DNA of 63,944 bases, filler included, from Choristocarpus tenellus KU-1152 (taxonomy: Eukaryota > Protista > Phaeophyceae), in assembly GCA_964200185.2 (NCBI GenBank). It is 9 parts of 9 records of this genome, joined end to end, with 100 filler letters (N's around TTAATTAATTAA, not from the genome) between each part and the next. Parts side by side here need not be neighbours in the genome. Positions count along the whole stretch, not along the records: positions 24,359 to 28,291 come from CAXNAD020017070.1; positions 28,392 to 35,202 come from CAXNAD020007295.1; positions 35,303 to 43,384 come from CAXNAD020005181.1; 6 more parts are not named here. One strand, 5' to 3'. How positions within the stretch are numbered: position 1 is the first letter of the stretch; each line of letters begins with the position of its first letter. A program made the translations under genes and the position numbers. The notes under the pieces are model-generated. The model ran no database searches. It saw only the letters and a list, made by a program, of their open reading frames with translations, and was not told where the DNA came from. This document shows, one piece after another, positions 25,414 to 37,026 of this stretch.

Positions 25414-28214
25414 TTGAGATCCCAGAGTAGGCACTCTAACGTAGATCCACCGAAGAGAAGAGATGAGCACAGAGCCCGAACCCGTTCGCTAGGACATCGC
25501 AGCTGGGTCAGAGATTTCTCAATAAACAGGTCCGCGTTGCCAAGGATCACCCAGGGAAGTACGGTCATAGCACATTGTCACAGAGAGGTAGAAGCACAGC
25601 TCAGAACTGATAATAGAGAACTACAAAACACAAGCAGAATTAAATCAGTCCAGATATGGCGGACAAGAAAATATAGAAATATCCATAACCTAGACATGTG
25701 CTACCAACAGGATTTCATCAAAAATATGGAACTCATTCACAGAAAGCTAGGAGATCCAGCCAAAGGCCCTGTTTTTCAGGAAGTATCAGTGGATAACTCC
25801 GCCCCAACCTCGTCTAACAATCCTGTTTTCTTACTTGACTATCTCACTAAGACTCTAAAGAGAGTTCAAGGAGCAATGTAGGCCTTACCCAGGGATCGAT
25901 CCAGCAACCATAGCACATCACATCTATGCAGTGATAACCTCATATCTTTTTGCATCGAGTTCCTTGAACAACTCTCGTCTGGCTCTCTGAGGACACAGCA
26001 ATCTTCTGAGCAACTCTTCTACAACCAAGGTCCCAAGCATCACGGCTCTTACAGGTTCCTTAAGGTGACATAGCTGCAACCAAGTGGGTCTGCATTTTGG
26101 TGAGAGAATACCCCCTATCCTATGACCAATTGAAAAACACAGTAAAGGCAATAATGATTTGTTTAACGACAGATAAGGGGGAGTCATGGAAAACTGTGGC
26201 CAGTAATCTGATTTTACACTACCTTGTGTACACCATAATTGGGAAGCTCCCTATTGTTGGAGATACAGAGGAAAAGATCAACTTATCGACTTTTGCAAGA
26301 AAATCTTCCCGATTCTGTTACAGCACGCTCCAGAACTCACCTCCACAGGATGTGCACCTCAAATCCAATGATCTTAAGACGACGCTACGGGGTGTCGACA
26401 GTTGATAGCCACGAATGGGTGTCAGCTAATCTTCTCTCGATGCTTCAATCAGTGCTTAGCTCAATGCTTGACTTAACGTTTAATCAAGATAAAAAGAGTG
26501 GGTCAAGGTGTACTTTTGTGGCAACCAAAATAACCTTTATTTGCATCATCCACCAGAGTTCTACAGAATATAAATTGACATCTGCCAACCGTTGTATACG
26601 TATTCAAATCACAGATCTTTCCTGCAACTTCTAAGAAATCAGCATCTATTCTGTAAGGCCACTGATGTGTTACGAATCTTGTATACCGCTGGCGCTTTCT
26701 ACAACACAAAAATAAATACTCACGCTATTCGCCTATAACAATTCTACTCCCTAATGTCCAACACCATACTGGAGTTCAAAGCATGCGATTCTCTTTCCAA
26801 AAAGACACTAGAATCTAAATTCGTCCACTGGCAATTTCCCAGAATAATCCGTGAGAAAAAGAAATGGTGCAACAGGGAATGAAGGCTGATCGGATTTTTG
26901 ATGATTTCATAGAGGAACTGTGCACCAAGAGTTACCAATATGTAGAGGTCTCTTCCACTAACCCAAATGTTACCAAATATGAGTCGCATAGGGATAAGAG
27001 TCAGACTGGCTAGGTGGCATAGCAGACACATGAGCATTTTTTTTGGCTTGTCCCATCCTTTGGCTGCCCCAGCTGAAACCCCAAACAGCAGGCAGATGCT
27101 GGGATTACCTTGCGAGAATAGGAAGTCAACACAGAGGGGAAGGGAACAAGCTGAGTCTTGCATCCCCACCAAGAAGTGATTAAGAGCGTGCTTGCTGCTC
27201 TCGTACCAATGCTACAGTCTTTCTTAGCTCAAACTTCTCACCTACTATATGTGCCACTTTGATCAACCAACCCACCTCTGTACCTGGGAAACATGAGATA
27301 TCGTTTGCATCTACGCACGATGTATCGAAACCCTTTCAACTGGTCACACCCTTTGTCCAAACAGTGTCCCACAACCCACCTTTTTCAGTCACAGACAAGA
27401 CAAGCAACACAAGTCGACACCACTCAGTGATAGACTTGCCCAAACCATCTGCCTCTCCAGAAGAAATCATTACATGGCTGGAGGCATACCGGGTTTGCTT
27501 TCACCATGGTAATGGTCAAGACTGCTTTAGGTCCTTGAGTGGCAAGTGCAGGTATACACATAACAACACAGTAGTTCCTAAAAGAAAAATCTCCTACCTT
27601 TTGAGACTCCACCAGGAGTCTCCAGATGCCGAATCTACTGAAAGGTTGCACATAATGGCAGCCTTAACAGATGTGCATCTACAATGCTTAGCAGCGATAT
27701 AAGACTCGAGACTTCCTCCACTATTCACAGGAAGCACCTGAGTCGTCTTGAAGGTGCACCCTTGAGTCTGAGGTTCCAGGGAACCCTGCCGTTTTAGTTG
27801 TGAACAGTAAAACCCCCCTTCCCAACTACACAATATTCACCATGATACCTGCTCAACGTAAGGTGGTACCAGTAGCATCGCCCCCTGTGGCAGTCTTGCT
27901 TCTTTCCACCGGAACGCCAAAGCAGTCATACAACATTGTCTATGTCAACTGAAAGGGTATGACAAGAGCTTTTAAAGGTTTGTGTGCAGGAATGTCCAGC
28001 CTTAGGGGAACGGGATCTATTTCCCGATCAAATAATGTCAAAAACGCGGGGGAATATCTCCGGTGCAATTTTGATGGTCACATCCTCAAAAGGTACAAAA
28101 ATGAAGTGGTTGGTCGAACTCCTTGAAGAAAACTGGTCCAGGATAGACAACTACCCAAGTATGACCAGTGTCGCGATCCCGAGAAAAAAAAAAGATTTCC
28201 AGACATCTTTTTAA
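25414..28214 (+). mobile_element. Degraded retroelement gag-like region with a CCCH finger, followed by a possible protease remnant
   Basis: A series of intronless, frameshifted plus-strand ORF pieces (25414-25881, 26097-26634, 27259-27702). CFHHGNGQDCFRSLSGKCRYTH lies at about 27496-27561. The downstream ECPALG...GAILMVT segment is loosely protease-like. Confidence 0.4.
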
Positions 28215-28271
28215 CGCCATTTGCAGACTCTCTGTGAGCACATACACGCATTACCCACACAGCAACAAGAA

Positions 28272-28291
28272 GGATCAAAGTATCTGGGGGG
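28272..28291 (+). mobile_element. Family B-type TIR at contig end
   Basis: ggatcaaagtatctgggggg. Confidence 0.75.
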
Positions 28292-28391
28292 NNNNNNNNN
28301 NNNNNNNNNNNNNNNNNNNNNNNNNNNNNNNNNNNTTAATTAATTAANNNNNNNNNNNNNNNNNNNNNNNNNNNNNNNNNNNNNNNNNNNN
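28292..28391. other. Artificial contig linker
   Basis: N44-TTAATTAATTAA-N44. Confidence 0.98.
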
Positions 28392-28435
28392 GGGGTGGCG
28401 GGGGGCGGGGTATAAACGCCTGCGATCAGCTCATG

Positions 28436-28472
<37 letters not shown>

Positions 28473-29589
28473 CTGCGCTGGGGCGTCCAAATGGGCCCTT
28501 GTATAAGTGTTGGAATATAGTGTAAATTTTTTTTTGAAAAACGCATAATGGAGTGAGTGTCTTTAGTCGTGGAGGTTGGCCTTTCTTCGGTGGAATATTG
28601 CATAATCTGTGCCCCTAGTGTTTGTACTTGGCGCTTTAGATGTTGGAAAAGTAGCCCTTTTGGGGGTCGATTTCTGGGGTGGGATGTTTTGGTTGTCGGT
28701 TTGTTGTAATGTGCGGATTGGATTGGTTCATCTCTTGTGGGTTCATTGCCTTCATGGAGTGGGATAAATGTTAATTGAGGTAGGGATTTATGGTTTGTCA
28801 TATCCACCGTTAAGCAATATGTGATCGTCAATTGACTTAAGGGGGCCTCGTCAATTTGGGAGGGGTGTGAAGGGATACGTATTTGTGCGAATTATATGTA
28901 AGTTAAGGGGGTGCGTGGGGATGAGTTGGCGACAGGTGTATTGCATTCGCCTTTGTATATTTTGGAGGTATGTAAATTATGTCCTTTGTGGAGTGGGGCA
29001 TTTGATATCAATGTCGAAAAAGTGTCTTAAGTGAGAGAGGGGAATGTGCGATTCTTGATTGTTGTCTCCATATGTAAAGGGTGGAAGGAGGAACGCCACA
29101 TATAAAAGACCACCCTAGGAGGAGGATGCAACGAATTCGTTCTGCGGCGATGTTTATTTTATTTGTGATGTGAGAATATCTGCTTTTTCTAGCAAACACA
29201 CAGAGAAGTAATTTAATTTTTTCCGATGTTATAATTCTGTAAATACACTTGAAACTACTACATGTAATATATACCAGTAGTCGTAAGGAAAAAAATTGAC
29301 CAAGAAATAGGTTGTAACCGCCTATAAGTAAAGATCAACACAACATCCAAAGGTGAGGCTGCACACATACACCAAAAAGGAACAACATAGACGTAACACC
29401 CAATCGTAATTTAAATGCAAAATGAACCCTGCTTCGACAACACACGTCCAACCTCTACTATTATAGGACAGGATGTCCACGGGAGGCATGATGTCCTGGA
29501 TGGATGAGGGGAGGGGGTGACACATGACTACGAATTTCGAGAAGATTGTAGCGCGTCGGACTCGCTGCAACCTCTGTTCCATATTACGG

Positions 29590-32500
29590 TCATATGGGAC
29601 TGGTCCAGGACCAGGATCTTGGCTCCGTGTTAGGCTCCATGCTGTATTGTTGTTGAAGAAGTTGGATATTTCGCACCTCGCCATTCTCCCATTTCACCTC
29701 ACGGGGGTAGCTGAGTCGCTCCTCTCCCACTGGCTCCGTATGGCGAGGCTGGTATTTGGTGATGATCCCTCGCATCCACTGCTCGTCCATTCGAAAGTAC
29801 AGTCCCCTGCCCTTGGCTCTTGAATGAAGTGTCCCTTCCTCGTCCAAAACTGGCACAACCCTCAATGATGGTTGAGGAAGATGTATGTCCCGGTATCCTT
29901 CTCCTCCTCTCTATGGTTCGCCTGTAGAGTCATTCGCGCCCTGCGTTTGTTGGCACTTTGGGCTGCAGTCTTATCGCGGTCCCTTTTCTCCTTCTCCTTT
30001 AGCTGTTTGACCCCCTCCTCGATCTCGTCATCTCTCATGAACGACCTCAGCCCAGGTGGCAAGGAGGTCTCACCATGCACACCTTGGTAATGCACAGAGT
30101 ACATACATGCCCCGGAATCGACTATGTCAACGTCGTGGACTTGCCCCCGGATGATGGCATCTCCACTCCCGCATAGGATGAAAGTAGTGCCTCGGCTGAA
30201 CTTGGCATTGGATGTGTCTCCACGTCTGAGTTGTCTTGAGAAGCGAACAGGGATCCCGCCAAGGGATTGCCGATTGGATTCCACAGTGAATCTCTGGTAT
30301 TGATCGGGGAGGATGGTGTAGGTATCGTTGAGGTTGTTACGACGAATGTGCATGAAGTCACGCTCGACGATAGCCTGAAGGGGGACGGCACGGGGACCCG
30401 GTTGAGCGACCTGCAGATCGATCACGTTTTTTGTGTTGATGGGGTTGGGGTGGTGGATTAGCCTTGAAGACCATCGTGTGAGAGACAGTGTTGATAGTGG
30501 ATAGTTGTTGTTTGGAGGAGTTTCGTGCCCATGGCAATATGAACCAAAAACGAATATTAACAATGACAAACTTGAAGGGAAAAATTCTACACAAAAAAAT
30601 ATCATTTATAATACAATATTGTAAAATTCTCCACCCTATGTGATTCATATGTTTAAAAATAATTGGACGCATTTCCGTTTGTATTTACAACAGAATAATA
30701 TTTAGTAGGAATGGGTGCCTTACCTGATCCGCACATGAGAGGCGAACTGTCGACACTCCATCAACGAAAGTGGCAGTCAACATCTCGAAGTCTTCCCTCA
30801 CAAACACCACCTCATCACCAGCACTAAACATCCCTCCATAGCTGGAATGGTCCCTGGAGTTCCATTTCACGCTCTCCTTCTTGTGTATGGTGAACGGCAG
30901 GAACTCCAACCCATCATATTCCGACGGCTCCGTCCGCACAATGCATACATTCCCCACTGCAAGCTGCCTCTTCTTCTGAGAGAGATGGCTCCTAAGGTAA
31001 TTGTCACACACGTCGTCCTCAGGGGAAAATCCGAGGTAGATCTCCTTGAGTACGGCCACGTGAGTGCCCTGCCACTTGCAGCCCGCTAGATTGCCAATTG
31101 AACAGCTGTTGCAGTAGCACGACACCTTGGTGTACATGGCCTTGTATGAGTTACCGTTGCCACTTGGACAGGTGAAGAACCTGTAGATGGACTTGATGCC
31201 GCTGAACTGGGGGACGCGGTGATCATGTCGTACCTTCCTATCGATCTTGTAAGCCGGAAGGTGAACGATCTCCTGTCTCCTGATGGTATCATTCTGGAGT
31301 AATTTTGTGAATGTCTTGGTGTATACTCTGCCATCGCTGTTCACCCGGTCCTAAGGAGTACGGTGTTGTCGTGTGGCGGAAAGTTAGATGTACATTCTCC
31401 TCACTATATTAAGTACGAGGATATCAATGTTGCGGAATGATTGCGAGAGAAAACAATATTGAATATGGTGTATTCGGATTGTTCTTTCTAATGGCGATGC
31501 TGATGTGCAGATGGTGATATAAAGCCGCCAATGACATACCTTCTTTTGTGTGCTTCGAACCTTAGAAAAGAAACACACACAGGGTTGGATGCTGGAATGA
31601 ATGTGTTGATGGTCCTCGTGTGTGGTGGTTAGTGGAGAAGTGAATATCAGTCAAAGTTGTTGTCTTTTGTGTTTATGCCCTGATTGTGAAGGCGGGTTGT
31701 AACAGATTTTTGCTTGGGATTCGAGAGATTTTGTACTTAGGTAGTGCAGGGGGACGTACCAAGAAATGTCGATACTAGTTGGAGATTATAACGTATGTGG
31801 AATAAAATGGAGGATGTGTCGAGTGTGTGGATGGGGGCGGGGGGGTACTGAACTTGGTGACGACAGTCTGTCCTGGAGGAACCTTGCGGTCCCTACGGAG
31901 GAAGATGGGTTCCTCTGGCTTTGGATCCCTCAGCGTGTACTGTGTCTTGGTGGCCTTCATTATCTCCACCAAGGACGAGGTTCCTGGCATCCGTACCCCG
32001 TTCAGTTCCAGCCCCCTGGCGGCTGACTTCACCACAGCTCCAACTCTATCCGCCATGGAGTTGAGTGAAAGTATCTTAGAGGGTACGAGTTTTGCCCTGT
32101 TTGTCCGTTGAGGGCTTGGCTTCCCAGGGTTTTTAGACATTTTCCGACTCCAAAATAGTTCGGAGTAGGTAAAATTTATAGGTTATGAAAAGGTGTGTCC
32201 AGAACAAGGATATTGACACTCCCGAACAAACACGATGGCCAAAATTACAGTAAAATCGCAACATTGGATTTTGCCCCCCAAATGGACGCGACTCTATCCT
32301 CTAAGATACTTTGGCTCATTTGCCGTGGCACGAGTAGAAGAAGTTGTGAACTACTGAAATCACCATCCTCGCAATTGCCTGGGAAACCCACCACATCTGC
32401 CACCGGTTCTTATCTGACTTCCACAGCCATCAGACCAGATGCGAAGGACCTTCAGGGTCTGACCATATTCCCGGGCCAAATGCATTAAGTGGCTGCCGAT

Positions 32501-34969
32501 GAAGATCTCCATAGTGTTCTGGACAAACTCGTTGTCCTGACTCCGGTCTTCACTACAAATTGAAGTGCTGTGGGTCCATATCCTTCCCTCCCCCAAATTT
32601 CCCCCTTCCCTTGTGTCCCTCAACCACTAAACAATGGTCAAGAGCGCTGTCAACAATAGATTAAAAAATTCTTGTTGTGTCAGGTCCTCGTGGCAGTGTG
32701 TGGAAGCTGGGAACTGAAGTCAATGGACATGGCAGCGTGACCTTTCGGGAGGCAGGATTTGCAATGCTTATTCTGCAACGCCTGCCAGACGGTTGTGTTG
32801 TGATGAAGAAAAAAATGACTGTGGAAGTTGGTATAGAGGACCTCGAGGAGTGTGGGGAACCCCTCTGTCCGTGGGAATAGGACCTGGTCGTAGAGATGGG
32901 GGGGTAGTAGTTCTGTGAGGTCATGTGTTATATATTGGAGGAGGGGGAGCCATTCCTACCAAGTAACGTGTTTTTTGTTGTGGAAAACCGTGTGTGTTGT
33001 TGCTGGAGTATGTGGGATGGGGATTAGTACAGGAAAAGGCAAATACATCGTCACACATGCAGTGTCAACCGCATCCCTTTGGTCCTGATGACCACATACT
33101 GACCTTTCGCTTCGTGTTGGCCTTGTCTGAACACCCTGTGTCGTCTTCGTCACTGTTCTCTTCGGTTGTTGTCCTCCTCGAGATGGGGTTCGACTCGCCC
33201 GCCATGCAAGTGGAGAGGATGAAGACATCAGTCATTAGATTCTTTTCCCTGAATACCATGTATTTCACCTTTATCCTCTCGATTATTTCATCCTTTGTTG
33301 TGTCGTTGGGGGTTACGAGCCCAAGACGAGAGGGCAGTGCCTTAGGCACGGCAAGTTGAAGACAGGGGTTGTGTGCAGTGTTAGCCGGGGGCGTGTTATT
33401 GAAATCGAAAGTGTTGTATTCCTAAATAAATTTGTGGGGTCAGAGTAACCTCTCCAATATTACAACAATAGAGACGTTAATAATTTCAATAATTGACATG
33501 TATGGTGTTATTGGGTTTCCCTTTGCATAGCCACATCTCACACCCACCTTGATCTCCTTGGATATCTTTCCTGCTAGGTCCCCGTCCACAATTGGGGTGT
33601 ATGCGTGGACAAACTCGTTCCGTGTTACCATGGTACTGCGGGCGTTGATCATACATGGGCACTTCCACATGGGGTGCTTAGTCCGTTCGCAAATATTGCA
33701 TGTTCCATTCTCACAAGATGTTTCATAACCACCTTCTGAACCACCCATGGACTGCTCGCCGAGGGGCTCGAGGGTGGTTCTCTCACACCTGGGCATTCAT
33801 ATTGGAATCATCGTGGGGGGATTCAGTTTACGTCCCGAGTTGGACACATTATATGGTATTGTGTGTGTTTAAGGGCATATGGGCAAGTTGCCAATGTTGG
33901 ACATGGACGACAACTAGTAGATTGAGAGAAGTCATTTTGTTTGTAGGTTGGTGCATGGGAGAGGATGGTATGTGCATATGGTATTGATGTTATCGAAGGT
34001 TTTGGCATTGGTTGGACGTTGTTGTTGAAGCTTCGGACCAGCATATGATTACGTACAGGAGGAAATCCATCATATTGATAGCACTCTCCAGTGTAGTCTT
34101 CACAGATTGAGAGCCGCACCCCTTGCCCTTGTCACAGAACTCGCAGGTACACGCGCAAGTGCATTGGCCATTGTCACCAACCACTGCCCGAGAGTGTACT
34201 TTGTTCCAGTTTTCTCTCAGGCATTGGACCAATAGGTCGCTGATCATGTGGTGAACGCAAACGCATGTCCTGTATTATACGCAAGGAGATAAGGTAGGTA
34301 GGGTCCCGATCGATTTTTCATGACTCTGCAAGGGGAAAAGATAGATATGTGTATCACAGTTTAGTTGGTGGTAGTACAAGGAAAGTGTTGAGCGTTGACG
34401 CGGTCCTATATGTTGTACGTCTGTTCGAACAAATAATGTGTGAAACGGTTGTTTTTCTCTACACACTTTTGAGTTGCCTTGGTAATGTACAAGGGTCTCT
34501 ACTTCACTAACATGAACAGACACGGTATCGGCCCATCTGTTGCCTCCATCTCAAACCTCTCTTTGAAGTTTGCGTAAACATCGTTGTCGGTTCCAATCTG
34601 TACCCTGTTTTACACGTATGCACAGGGGGGATATAAAATATTCATGTCGTCGCATGTATGTTTGTTGTTGTATTTCAAGGAGAGAGTGTACACAATTTGT
34701 CGGGGTGAAGGAGCAGATTACGGACTGGAAGAATATAAGAGCTTTCGCTTTATGGTGGTTGAAATACAGTACCTCTGAGTGTGTTGCTGACACAGTGCAT
34801 CTGGGTGGCACGCCCTTTTATTGGTGTTAGGGTCCAAGGAGTGCATTCCCTCAGTGGAATCGTGAGAAGTGATCGGGTCGTGGGGCAGGGACGTGGTGTT
34901 GCTCTCCAAGACGGTTAGGCCAAGGACGTGTGTTTCAGGGTGCTGCACATCGAACCGTTGCGAGGAACT
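29590..34969 (-). pseudogene. Intron-containing Sola2-like DDD transposase pseudogene with a long C-terminal extension (putative Tudor-like domains)
   Basis: Spliced minus-strand path: DVYANFKERF...K*RPLYITKATQK | TCVCVHHM...CTCACTCEFCDKGKGC...DFLL | CERTT...SCENGTCNIC...KEIK | (possible exon about 33103-33343) | exon from 32883 HHNTTVWQALQNKHCKSCLPKGHAAMSIDFS...SEDRSQDNEFVQ...LRIWSDGCGSQ(fs)YKN...HNFFYSCHGK[MITE]SMADRVGAVVK | exon 30724-31350 FSGIKSIYRF...CYCNSC | exon from 30410. GT-AG junctions have matching phases. There are in-frame stops, frameshifts and MITE insertions. The 5' end is missing. Confidence 0.8.
32063..32317 (+). mobile_element. MITE family A, complete copy (255 bp) inserted in the transposase HGK motif
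   Basis: TIRs gagtgaaagtatcttagagg / cctctaagatactttggctc; flanks AGTT/ATTT. Removing the MITE and 4 bp restores cac ggc aaa tcc atg gcg gat (HGKSMAD). Confidence 0.92.
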
Positions 34970-35202
34970 GAGTGAAAGTTTCTTAGAGGGTACGAGTTTT
35001 GCCCTGTTTGTCCATTTGGGGCTTGGCTTCCCTCGGTTTTTTTTATGATATTTTCCCACTCCAAATTATTTTCGGAGTAGGTAGAATGCGTATGTCATGA
35101 AGAGGTGTTTCCGGAACAAGGATATTGACACTTCCTAACAAACACGATAGCCAAAATTACATCGAAATTACAACATTGGATTTTGACCCCCAAATGGACG
35201 CG
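34970..35202 (+). mobile_element. MITE family A copy, truncated at contig end
   Basis: gagtgaaagtttcttagagggtacgagttttgccctgtttgtcc..., near-identical to 32063-32317. Confidence 0.9.
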
Positions 35203-35302
35203 NNNNNNNNNNNNNNNNNNNNNNNNNNNNNNNNNNNNNNNNNNNNTTAATTAATTAANNNNNNNNNNNNNNNNNNNNNNNNNNNNNNNNNNNNNNNNNN
35301 NN
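35203..35302. other. Artificial contig linker
   Basis: N44-TTAATTAATTAA-N44. Confidence 0.98.
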
Positions 35303-35438
35303 AACAAAAAAAAAAACAGAACAAACTATTCCCCCCCCCCCCCCCCCCCTCCCCCCCCCCCTCCTCCTCCCTCCCCTCCCCCCCCCCCCCCCCCCCTTCC
35401 CACCCAAAAAAAAAGAAAGAAAGAGGGCTTGTTCTTTT

Positions 35439-36432
35439 TCATTGGATCCTTGGCAAACAGCAAGCAGTTGCGCACCCGGTGATGGAGGAAATCAAGGCCG
35501 TTATACCAATCAAGAGGATGAGGATTGACGAGGCCAAGAGCTCATCTCTTGTGTCCTATCAAAAAAAAAAGGAGAGCACAACGCGAGAGAACGGTCGTCA
35601 GGAGTGGCAGGGGAAATAAATAGGGCACCGGCGAACTGCATCGTACGATACAAACACACAGACACACAGACACACAGACGCACACACACAAAAATCAGAA
35701 CGCTATCGTGGGAATCTATCCACTCTACTACCCCTACAGGCACTCACTGCCCACCCCTTTTCGTCGTGAACTTTATTAAGGCTCATCCCGAGAACGTTTA
35801 CCGCAGGACTGCACCACAAGTATAAACGTTGGTTTTGTTGCTACTAAGGAATTAGGATTTATGAGAGAGCGCAGGGAAAGTCGCACGCCAAATGCAACGC
35901 AACGCAACTCAACACAACACAATATGAGAAAAAAAAATGTATTCACTCATGTATTTCTGTATCGCCGTGGAAGGCGAGAGAGGGAGCGTGCTGTGAGGGG
36001 TTTCCACTTGGGGTGTAAGTCGACAAAACAGAATTTGTTCCACAAAGACACTTAGCAGTGGGCGCTATGGCCTTCCTTCACTTGGCAGTCGATTCTTATT
36101 TTCTGATAGATTGACACACGATCGTACATCCAATCGAGCCATGGTAGCAGTGCCATGCCATGTGTCAGAAATGATGGCTAAGTCCAACCTGCGCTGTGAT
36201 CAGGGAATGGTGGCAAAGGTGGCGGGAAGTTGGAAATCCTGGCAAGACAGACCCTTGAAGTCAAATCCCAACAATGCCCTTACTCCTCCCCAGGTTTCAC
36301 ACACAGCAAAGGCTGCCTCGAAAACAACCAACTGATTGTGCCAACACCAGCTTGTTTGATGTGCCATACACTCATTTCCCTTCTTGAGCTTTTCGTGCTT
36401 AAGCAAAACATTGGCTTACACGGTTCACGAGC

Positions 36433-36487
<55 letters not shown>

Positions 36488-36983
36488 CCATCAGCCTTTT
36501 CTCCCTCACCAAGATTCTGTCGCAGTCATCTTCAAAGTCAACACACCACCGGTCCTCCTTGCCATATCCCCAGTTCCAACACGTGTCAATAGAGTCCTCT
36601 TCCCAGCAAACACAATCCTTCTTAGCACTGCACGGGGGTTAGAAGTCAATGGGAATGAGATGCGAAATGGAAGAGGGCAGCGAGTGCCATGCCAACATCG
36701 AGGGGGTATGAAAGGAGACTACCATCCAAATAAATTCAAGGTATCAAATTTTTTTAAACGTCAATTGAAGAGAGGATATGTTAGTTCTGCAACCTCTTCC
36801 ATCCCCTCGAACTTCAAAATTATTTGGTTAGGGAGGGCAGGGGGGGAGGGGGGGGGGGGGGAACAAAAGGGACACGAACTGGGGGACAAAACATTACAGA
36901 ACAACCAAAAAAACAAACCAGGGGGAAAGGAGAGGGGATATTTTGGTTCTCCCCCCCCCCCCCCCCCCCCAAAATAAAAAAAT

Positions 36984-37026
<43 letters not shown>

